Of a stretch of 57,307 nt of DNA, positions 1 through 6,527 are shown piece after piece. A program made the translations under genes and the position numbers. Position 1 is the stretch's first letter. Every line of letters begins with the position of its first letter. Source of the stretch: a virus. Taxonomy: Duplodnaviria; Caudoviricetes. Below the pieces are notes generated by a model. It ran no database searches. It was not told where the DNA came from and saw nothing but the letters and a program-made list of their open reading frames with translations. Location: IMG/VR virus record IMGVR_UViG_3300007510_000008, positions 1-57,307 of that record; one strand, 5' to 3'.

Positions 1-246
1 ATTAACAAGAGTCAAGTAATCCCTTTCGGAGTTTGGCTTGAAGCCGAAGATCATCCGACAAAAGGGTATGCTCATCGAATGGGTTGGCATTGTGGCGAGA
101 CACCCAATGCTCCCCACCTTTCAGAGAAGGGTAGGGTTTGGTGTGAAGTAGAGATTGAGGACTACTACACATTCAAGCGGCCCAAGAATCAGGGCGGGTA
201 TTGGCTCATTGCAATGCGAATGAAAGTCAATAAGGTTCTGACCTGA
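1..246 (+). CDS. 3' part of hypothetical phage protein (truncated by window edge)
   Basis: Frame 1 is open from base 1 to TGA at 244-246 (...EDHPTKGYAHRMGWHCGETPNAPHLSEKGRVWCEVEIED...). Confidence 0.7.
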   Translation: MNKSQVIPFGVWLEAEDHPTKGYAHRMGWHCGETPNAPHLSEKGRVWCEVEIEDYYTFKRPKNQGGYWLIAMRMKVNKVLT

Positions 247-281
247 TAATGGCCTGTTTACAGGCCGTAGCCTAATATTTT

Positions 282-352
282 GCGGTATTAGTGTAATGGT
301 AACACGGTAGTCTGTCTAACTACAATCAGGGGATCGTTCCCCCTATACCGCG
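282..352 (+). tRNA. tRNA-Asp(GTC)
   Basis: Acceptor GCGGTAT/ATACCGC; anticodon arm GTAGT-CTGTCTA-ACTAC; T arm AGGGG-ATCGTTC-CCCCT; G73. Confidence 0.88.
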
Positions 353-489
353 CCTAAGCCGATGAAAGTGTTGCGAACTTGACGAGACATTAGAGCAAAA
401 CAAACAGCCGATGCATGACGATGTAGTGCTGGTGAGCTTTAGTTGAGTTAAGGGACTCCGCTTTGGGCGGTTTGATCCCGCCCTCTTTA

Positions 490-573
490 GCGGGTATTGT
501 CTAATGGCTATGACTCCAGCCTTCCAAGCTGGCGCGAGAAATCGCATTGTGGGTTCGAATCCCACTATCCGCT
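490..573 (+). tRNA. tRNA-Gly(TCC) with a long variable arm
   Basis: Acceptor GCGGGTA/TATCCGC; anticodon arm CCAGC-CTTCCAA-GCTGG; variable stem GCGA-GAAA-TCGC; T loop TTCGAAT; U73. Confidence 0.88.
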
Positions 574-598
574 CCGACTCAAATAAAAGAGGTATGAT

Positions 599-1213
599 AT
601 GCCTACAGGTTATACTGCGGATATCGAAAAGGGAATTACCTTTCAAGAGTTCGCGCTAGGTTGCGCTAGGAATTTTGGTGCGCTGATTACGATGCGGGAT
701 GATCCTCATGATGCTGAGATTCCCGATGTATTTCAGCCTTCGGACTATCACTCGAAAGTGATTGTAAAAGCGAAAGCAGAACTCGCACAGCTTGAGGATA
801 TGAGTCCCGAAGAAGCGAAACTTCAGGCCGATGCGGATTTCCGAAATAACAAGCAGGGCAATACTGACTATCGCAAGAAGAAGGCCAAACTTCGTGAGAA
901 GTATGAAGCGATGCTTGTTCAGGCCCGAGCGTATAAGGCTCCGACTCCTGAGCATGAAGGATATCGTAACTTTATGATCGAGCGGATTGAAGGTTCAATC
1001 GACTTCGATTGCTGTGGGGATTATGATCCCAAGGCTGAGAGACAGACAGGTGAGCAATGGCTTGCCGATAGAATTGCAAAGGCCCATCGTGATATTAGCT
1101 ATCACACAGAGCAACACGAAAAGGAAGTTGAGCGTTGCACAATGAGAACTCGTTGGGTCCAAGAAATGAAACGCTCACTTGGTATTCCAGTAGGAAACCT
1201 TGTAGCAAAATAG
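599..1213 (+). CDS. hypothetical phage protein (coiled-coil)
   Basis: 204-aa ORF with AGAGG RBS; starts MPTGYTADI...FALGCARNFGA. Confidence 0.8.
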   Translation: MPTGYTADIEKGITFQEFALGCARNFGALITMRDDPHDAEIPDVFQPSDYHSKVIVKAKAELAQLEDMSPEEAKLQADADFRNNKQGNTDYRKKKAKLREKYEAMLVQARAYKAPTPEHEGYRNFMIERIEGSIDFDCCGDYDPKAERQTGEQWLADRIAKAHRDISYHTEQHEKEVERCTMRTRWVQEMKRSLGIPVGNLVAK

Positions 1214-1220
1214 AAGTAAC

Positions 1221-1307
1221 GGGGAAATCGCATAGTGGCAATTGCATGAGGTTGTAGCCCTCACGATACCGAGAGGATCTTCGTAGGTTCGAGTCCTACT
1301 TTCCCCA
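1221..1307 (+). tRNA. tRNA-Tyr(GTA)
   Basis: Acceptor GGGGAAA/TTTCCCC; anticodon arm TGAGG-TTGTAGC-CCTCA; long variable arm; TTCGAGT T loop. Confidence 0.9.
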
Positions 1308-1363
1308 CCGCACAAGAGTTGTGTAATAATTAGCCATGTAGCTATTCTCATGGAGGTTTAGAT

Positions 1364-2695
1364 ATGGCAAAGACAAATGTAAAGAGAAACACAAAGACAT
1401 TTACTCATGGGGGCGGGGCTGGAAGAAAGTTCCGTTCTGATATTGAGCTTAAGAGAACTGTAGCATCTTGCTTGCTTTTCGAGAACACTTTCTATGAAAG
1501 AGGATCGGACATTGCGGATCGTTTGCAGACTCTTGCAGACAAGGTAACATTCAATGATCTTGCTAAGACAGCATTGTGGGCAAGAAGTGACTTGAATCTT
1601 CGTCACGTATCATTGTATCTTGCTATGCTTTCCTTGAAGAAGGAAGGTAACAAGAGAGCCTTGGTAAACAACGTAATCCAGAGAGCCGATGAGATGGCAG
1701 AGTCTATCGCTCTTTATTGGAAGTTGAATGGCGAAGGTGCGCCTCTTGCTGGTGCGTTGAAGAAGGGTATCGCAGATGCCTTTGGTAAGTTCGATGAGTA
1801 TCAGCTTGGGAAGTATGACAGCCGTAACGCTGGCGTAAAGCTTCGTGACGTTATGTTCCTTACGCACCCTAAGCCACTTGCAGGACGTAAGCGTTTGTAT
1901 AAGAAAATTGCCGATGGCAAGACTCTTGTAGCAGACACTTGGGAAACTCGTCTTTCAAGTGGGCAGGATAAGAAGGTAGCTTTCTCAACTCTGCTTGCAG
2001 AGAATAAGCTTGGTGCTATGGCGTTGCTACGTAATCTAAGAAACATGCGTGATAGCAACGTGGATAGAACTCTTATCCTTAACGCTCTTAAGACAGCGAA
2101 GTGGGATCGTGTGCTTCCTTACAGATTCGCTACTGCTGCTAAGTATGCGCCTGAGTATGGTGACGCACTCGACAAGGCATTCAGAGTTTCAGCTAAGGCT
2201 GCAAAGTCTCCAAGCGGAACTGGTTTGATTCTTGTTGACGTAAGCGGATCGATGGATTGGGCAATGTCTGGAAACAGCGAAACAAGCAGAGTTGCTTCGG
2301 CAGCTACGCTTGCAGCAATCGCTAAGGAAAGCATGGACGATGCTATCGTTTACACTTTCGAGTCAAACCTTCACGGTCCTTACCTTGGAAGTGGTTTGAA
2401 GCTTGTCAAGGATATCGATGACACTCCTAGGGGTAGAACGTATCTTGGTGGAGCTTTGAAGGAACTTGCAAGTAAGTACCGTGGACAGAAGTTCGATTAC
2501 CTTATCGTGATTACTGATGAGCAAGCTCATGACAGAATCACAAGCACACCTGACGCTGGTACTAAGGTAATGGTGAATGTGGCTCCATACGAGAACGGTA
2601 TTTCAATCAGCAATGATTGGGTACGTGTGAATGGATGGAGCGAGAAGATTCTTGACTTCCTCAAGGTTGATGAGGATCTTCGAAATGAGATCTGA
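1364..2695 (+). CDS. rsr: Ro60 ortholog (TROVE domain + vWA domain RNA-binding protein)
   Basis: TROVE-type motifs FENTFYE, IQRADE, FDEYQLGKY, LRDVMFLTHPKP, TWETRLS, MALLRNLRN, LPYRF; C-terminal vWA MIDAS VDVSGSM and IVITDEQ; GGAGG RBS. Confidence 0.93.
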   Translation: MAKTNVKRNTKTFTHGGGAGRKFRSDIELKRTVASCLLFENTFYERGSDIADRLQTLADKVTFNDLAKTALWARSDLNLRHVSLYLAMLSLKKEGNKRALVNNVIQRADEMAESIALYWKLNGEGAPLAGALKKGIADAFGKFDEYQLGKYDSRNAGVKLRDVMFLTHPKPLAGRKRLYKKIADGKTLVADTWETRLSSGQDKKVAFSTLLAENKLGAMALLRNLRNMRDSNVDRTLILNALKTAKWDRVLPYRFATAAKYAPEYGDALDKAFRVSAKAAKSPSGTGLILVDVSGSMDWAMSGNSETSRVASAATLAAIAKESMDDAIVYTFESNLHGPYLGSGLKLVKDIDDTPRGRTYLGGALKELASKYRGQKFDYLIVITDEQAHDRITSTPDAGTKVMVNVAPYENGISISNDWVRVNGWSEKILDFLKVDEDLRNEI

Positions 2696-2810
2696 TCAGG
2701 TCTAAGGAGTTTGCCAGTTCTCCGATGCACACAAGAACAAAACTGGCATTTATGCGGCACTAAGCGGCATTGTGGTACTGCCACATACTGCCACATAAAT
2801 GCCGCATTAT

Positions 2811-2883
2811 CGAGAGGTAGCATAATTGGGAATGCACACGGTTTGGGACCGTGTAGATCAGAGTTCGAATCTCTGTCTCTCGA
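2811..2883 (+). tRNA. tRNA-Pro(TGG)
   Basis: Acceptor CGAGAGG/TCTCTCG; anticodon arm CACGG-TTTGGGA-CCGTG; T arm CAGAG-TTCGAAT-CTCTG. Confidence 0.92.
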
Positions 2884-2891
2884 CCTTGAAC

Positions 2892-2947
2892 TTTAGTAGC
2901 GAAGAAGGATTTCCCACCAGAAGATGAAAACGATCCTTGGATCTAAA
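2892..2947 (+). ncRNA. possible degenerate Y-RNA-like element
   Basis: Closing stem TTTAG/CTAAA, 5' TAGCGAAG motif as in the 6093-6594 elements, inner stem AAGGAT/ATCCTT. The 3' motif is not conserved. Confidence 0.35.
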
Positions 2948-2952
2948 CACAT

Positions 2953-3025
2953 GGCCCCTTATTTCAACTGGACAGAATGCTAGGCTACGAACCTTGTGAT
3001 GCGCGTTCGAATCGCGTGGGGGCTT
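2953..3025 (+). tRNA. tRNA-Arg(ACG)
   Basis: Acceptor GGCCCCT/GGGGGCT; anticodon loop CTACGAA; T arm GCGCG-TTCGAAT-CGCGT. Confidence 0.88.
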
Positions 3026-3208
3026 CCTAAAGGAGTGATATGTTAGGATGGATACTTTACTTACTATCACGAAGCAAGCCTGTCAATTTAGACATGCCTT
3101 TGTGTGAGAGTCAACGGTATTTTGATCGTATGACATTGCAGAATGCTACCATTCCTAAAAAGCTAAGGCATACTACTTAATAGGGAACCTTTTAAGTGGA
3201 GGGCCTTA

Positions 3209-3712
3209 ATGTCTGACATAACGTATGACCCAAGTAATTTCTACATAAGCAACAAGGATCTGAACGTCCTCAAAGATTACTCTTGGGAACTGATCAATGA
3301 CTTGGCTAAACAAGTGATCGATGTATTTCAGATCAACAAGGCTACGACTACGACTGACTCTCTGTACATGGAAGCAACGAATCAGGCTAACATTGCCTAT
3401 CGTAAATGGACAAACGTTCCCTGTTTTCTCAGAGTATTGCCTCCCGATCTTGCGCGTGAGAAGTACGGCATCGATCACCAACACGGTCTTGAGTTGTTTT
3501 TCGATAGAGATTACGTTGAACAATTATCCTCAGATGATTCAATCTTGGATCACTTGAAGATCAGAGAGGGAGACTTCCTAGAGTATGAGGGCATAACTTT
3601 CGAAGTGTGGCATTCACGCTACGTTGAAAGGGTTGCGGGTCTAGAGAATGTCGCTAAGACAGTTCAGGTGGATGCGGTATCTACGAGAACAAGAGTCTTT
3701 GATCCTTACTAA
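3209..3712 (+). CDS. paralog of the neck/head-closure protein at 48187..48666
   Basis: Aligns end to end by eye with the 48187 ORF (LPPDLAREKYGIDH vs IPPELAREKYGVDH; ERVAGLEN vs ERVHGLEN; STRTRVF vs STRDRVF). Confidence 0.8.
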   Translation: MSDITYDPSNFYISNKDLNVLKDYSWELINDLAKQVIDVFQINKATTTTDSLYMEATNQANIAYRKWTNVPCFLRVLPPDLAREKYGIDHQHGLELFFDRDYVEQLSSDDSILDHLKIREGDFLEYEGITFEVWHSRYVERVAGLENVAKTVQVDAVSTRTRVFDPY

Positions 3713-3763
3713 GTTCCCCGACTATCCGATCACTTACTATGAAACGTAAAGAGAGGTTCTATC

Positions 3764-4249
3764 ATGAAAATGTTCACAGGTGGAAACGGATTCAAGTATG
3801 ACTTCGATGAAGTGATGGAAAGCATTGCTACCGAAGCTCACATGAATGACGTTGCGATCATGGTAGGAACGGATAGCCAGAACCACAAGGATCACACTAC
3901 ATTCGTTACGGCTGTCGTGTGCCACAAGCTTGGTAAGGGTGCTAGACTTTTCTACGTGCGCGACAAGGTTCGTAGAATCAATAGTGTTCGTGAAAGAATG
4001 CTACGAGAAGCAGAGTTGAGCATCCAAGTTGCTCTTGAGTATCAGGATCGTGTAGACCGCGAGTACCCTGAGTTGAACGATTGCATCTTCGAAGTACACG
4101 CTGACGTTAATGCTTATCCAGAGCATGAGTCAAACAGAGCGTTGAAGGAAATCGTTGGCTGGATCACAGGTTGCGGATTCACATGCAGAATCAAACCTGA
4201 TGCTGTAATTGCTTCAACGGTTGCTGACAAGTACGCTATTCAGCATTAA
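3764..4249 (+). CDS. RNase H-like YkuK/DUF458 family protein
   Basis: VGTDSQ, ERMLREAELS, EVHADVN, IKPDAVIASTVADK motifs typical of YkuK. Confidence 0.8.
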   Translation: MKMFTGGNGFKYDFDEVMESIATEAHMNDVAIMVGTDSQNHKDHTTFVTAVVCHKLGKGARLFYVRDKVRRINSVRERMLREAELSIQVALEYQDRVDREYPELNDCIFEVHADVNAYPEHESNRALKEIVGWITGCGFTCRIKPDAVIASTVADKYAIQH

Positions 4250-4268
4250 AACTCCCTTCGGGGAGTAT

Positions 4269-4343
4269 GGCTCTCTATCCCAACTGGCAGAGGACTGTGT
4301 TTCAAACGCACAGCTAGTCTGAGTTCGAATCTCAGGGGAGTCA
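4269..4343 (+). tRNA. tRNA-Leu(CAA), short variable loop
   Basis: Acceptor GGCTCTC/GGGAGTC; anticodon arm TGTGT-TTCAAAC-GCACA; T arm CTGAG-TTCGAAT-CTCAG; A73. Confidence 0.82.
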
Positions 4344-4389
4344 CCCAAAATTGCCGAACTAGGTATATGATTCGGCAAAATACACTAAT

Positions 4390-4470
4390 GCGGAATTGGT
4401 GGAATGGCAGACACGCTAGTCTTAGGAACTAGTGCCTTCGGGCGTGAGAGTTCGAATCTCTCATTCCGCA
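4390..4470 (+). tRNA. tRNA-Leu(TAG)
   Basis: Acceptor GCGGAAT/ATTCCGC; anticodon arm CTAGT-CTTAGGA-ACTAG; variable arm GCC-TTCG-GGC. Confidence 0.95.
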
Positions 4471-4494
4471 CCCAACTTAACTTGTGAGGTATTT

Positions 4495-4698
4495 ATGAGT
4501 GTCAAGTATCGTGTTTCAGTAGGATTGGACAAGAGGACGCAGTTTAGGTATGAAAACTTTCCTGATGATGAGGCTGCTTATGAGTGTTGGTATGAATCTC
4601 GTACTAAAGAAGAACACAGTGGGACAATCATTTTTGAGAAAGTTGATCCAAGAACATTTAAGATACTAACGGGCGATGAAGAAAAAATCTATAAGTGA
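4495..4698 (+). CDS. hypothetical protein
   Basis: GAGGT RBS before ATG 4495; its TGA stop overlaps the 5' end of tRNA-Cys. Confidence 0.65.
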   Translation: MSVKYRVSVGLDKRTQFRYENFPDDEAAYECWYESRTKEEHSGTIIFEKVDPRTFKILTGDEEKIYK

Positions 4699-4770
4699 GC
4701 CTGTAGCCAAGTGGATTAAGGCGGGAAGTTGCAACCTTCTCCATCATCGGTTCGATTCCGATCAGGCTCT
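4697..4770 (+). tRNA. tRNA-Cys(GCA)
   Basis: Acceptor GAGCCTG/CAGGCTC; anticodon loop TTGCAAC; TTCGATT T loop; U73. Confidence 0.92.
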
Positions 4771-4802
4771 CCGAAAAAATTGTCAAAATAGGGGGCTTCT
4801 AT

Positions 4803-5867
4803 ATGAATATTGGTCTTGTGGATGCAGATTACTTAACCCGAAAAAAGCACCGATTTCCTAATCTAGCCTTAATGAAATTATCTGGACATTTTAAGAGGCT
4901 AGGACATTCTGTTGAACTTGTATTAAATACGAATTTATTATCTGGCTCTTTTTATGATAAAATTTTTGTCAGTCAAGTATTTACCGACACGGATTTCCAG
5001 ATTCCTGAAGGTATAGATTTTGAAAAAGGAGGGACGGGTTTTTCGCTGCAAAATAGTCTTTCATTACCCCCCATGATTGAGCATCATTATCCAGACTATG
5101 AGCTATATTCCAAGGCTTCAATTTCAGGAGAAATGTATGATAACTATAGTATAGGTTTTACTACTAGAGGTTGCATAAGAGGGTGTGATTTTTGCGTAAA
5201 TAAGAATTCCAAAAGAGCAGTTTTACATTCTCCTGTAAGCGAATTTTTAGATAAAAACCGAAAATATATTTGTTTGCTGGACGATAACATTCTTGCCTGT
5301 AAGGATTGGGAACAAGTAATTAATTCCCTAAGAGATACGGGAAAACCTTTTCAATTTAAGCAGGGTTTAGATATAAGATTAATGACTCCAAGAAAGTCGA
5401 AACTTTTTTCCGAATCTAAATTGAGAAGCTATCCCTATTTTGCTTTTGACCTGATGAAAGAAAGAAATTCTGTCGAGAGAGGTCTATCGAAGTGGCGCGA
5501 ATACAACCAGAAAAAATGTAAAGCCTACTTGCTTTGCGCTTTTGAATCTTTAGACGATGATGATATTGAAAACATTTTTGTTCGGGTTGAAATACTAGCC
5601 TCTTATAAAGTTCTCCCCTATTTAATGAGGTTCGAAGATTATAAGAAAAGTGAGAACTATGGTATGTATGTAAATCTTGCAGCTTATCTCAATCAAGCTT
5701 CTCTTTTTGAAAAAATGTCTTTTAGAGAGTTTTGTGAAAAAGATAATGCAAGAAAAGGGGGCAACTCAGCAACAATGAGATACTTGAACGACTTTGAGTG
5801 TAGAAATCCCCACATAGCTAAAAAATTTTTTGATCGTTGTATCTGGAAAGAGCAAAATAGTAGTTGA
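4803..5867 (+). CDS. radical SAM superfamily protein
   Basis: TRGCIRGCDFC (CxxxCxxC) and LDDNIL motifs; N-terminal IGLVDAD...FPNLALMKLS; visibly AT-richer than its flanks. Confidence 0.85.
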   Translation: MNIGLVDADYLTRKKHRFPNLALMKLSGHFKRLGHSVELVLNTNLLSGSFYDKIFVSQVFTDTDFQIPEGIDFEKGGTGFSLQNSLSLPPMIEHHYPDYELYSKASISGEMYDNYSIGFTTRGCIRGCDFCVNKNSKRAVLHSPVSEFLDKNRKYICLLDDNILACKDWEQVINSLRDTGKPFQFKQGLDIRLMTPRKSKLFSESKLRSYPYFAFDLMKERNSVERGLSKWREYNQKKCKAYLLCAFESLDDDDIENIFVRVEILASYKVLPYLMRFEDYKKSENYGMYVNLAAYLNQASLFEKMSFREFCEKDNARKGGNSATMRYLNDFECRNPHIAKKFFDRCIWKEQNSS

Positions 5868-5892
5868 CAAACTACTTAAGATAGTGTATTAT
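5864..5892 (+). promoter_or_regulatory. sigma70-type promoter
   Basis: TTGACA-17 nt-TATTAT ahead of the ncRNA/tRNA block. Confidence 0.75.
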
Positions 5893-5894
5893 GA

Positions 5895-6010
5895 ATTTCG
5901 TAATTGGGAAGCAACTATGAGCTTTCTTATCAATTGATAAAGGCTACAGGGGAAACTAACTTCTCCGATTACGAAATGCCGCAGTATTAGAATAAAAAGT
6001 TTCCCCTATA
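5895..6010 (+). ncRNA. unidentified pseudoknotted structured RNA
   Basis: Long helix 5895-5911/5960-5977, an internal hairpin, and a 10-bp pseudoknot AGGGGAAACT (5948-5957)/AGTTTCCCCT (5998-6007). Confidence 0.5.
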
Positions 6011-6013
6011 TTC

Positions 6014-6089
6014 GGGGCATGGGTCTGCTTGGAGTGGACACTTCTTTTGCAAGGAAGATATCAGTTGGGTTCGAATCCCAAATGCTCCA
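6014..6089 (+). tRNA. tRNA-Ala(TGC)
   Basis: Acceptor GGGGCAT/ATGCTCC with G3:U70; anticodon arm CTTCT-TTTGCAA-GGAAG. Confidence 0.9.
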
Positions 6090-6092
6090 CCG

Positions 6093-6170
6093 AATGCTAG
6101 TAGTGAAGTGGTGAGTTACTTCGAAACTATTAATTTCGCCTCAATACTCCCGCGATTGTCCTCTAGCGTT
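6093..6170 (+). ncRNA. Y-RNA-like ncRNA, copy 1
   Basis: AATGCTAG/CTAGCGTT closing stem enclosing TAGTGAAGTGGTGAGTTACTTCG...CTCCCGCGATTGTCCT; motif shared with two neighbours; Ro60 gene nearby. Confidence 0.65.
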
Positions 6171-6174
6171 TTCT

Positions 6175-6270
6175 TTTCGGTAGTGTAGTGAGAGTTACTT
6201 CGACTTCAATCATGTCGGTACTGTGGGCAATGCCCCACGTAACCATTTCTCTTGCGTTTGTTCTCCGAAA
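6175..6270 (+). ncRNA. Y-RNA-like ncRNA, copy 2
   Basis: TTTCGG/CCGAAA closing stem enclosing TAGTGTAGTGAGAGTTACTTCG...CTCTTGCGTTTGTTCT. Confidence 0.65.
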
Positions 6271-6276
6271 TTTTAT

Positions 6277-6351
6277 TGCGCGGCAAGTGCTGGCATCTTC
6301 GGCTAGTCTCATAAGCTACGCCTCTCGTCGGTTCGATTCCGACCCGCGCCT
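6277..6351 (+). tRNA. tRNA(CAT), atypical, possibly initiator-like Met
   Basis: Anticodon loop CTCATAA; T arm GTCGG-TTCGATT-CCGAC; acceptor has a 1:72 mismatch; irregular D arm. Confidence 0.65.
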
Positions 6352-6356
6352 CCTTC

Positions 6357-6430
6357 GGCTATGTAGCTTATATGGTAAAAGCGCATGTTTCATAAGCATG
6401 AGATTGTTGGATCGTTACCAACCGTAGCCA
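6357..6430 (+). tRNA. tRNA-Met(CAT), elongator-like
   Basis: Acceptor GGCTATG/CGTAGCC; anticodon arm CATGT-TTCATAA-GCATG; A73. Confidence 0.85.
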
Positions 6431-6527
6431 CCGCGCAGCACATAACCACAACCGAAAGGACTCGATATGTGGAGATTCTTGTTTGTTGATATCTTCTGGT
6501 GGTTGCGAGACTGATAGAAGATGCTAT

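Noticed and set aside
2711-2896. 61-aa ORF after Ro60
   Set aside because: It starts at TTG with poor RBS spacing and runs through tRNA-Pro; the region is better explained as structured RNA.
4295-4313. Opal-suppressor (TCA) reading of the tRNA at 4269
   Set aside because: The only 5-bp stem with a 7-nt loop is TGTGT-TTCAAAC-GCACA, giving CAA; centring TCA breaks the stem.
4351-4378. TTGCCGAA/TTCGGCAA hairpin between the Leu tRNAs as a Y RNA
   Set aside because: A simple short hairpin without the internal-loop motifs of the other elements.
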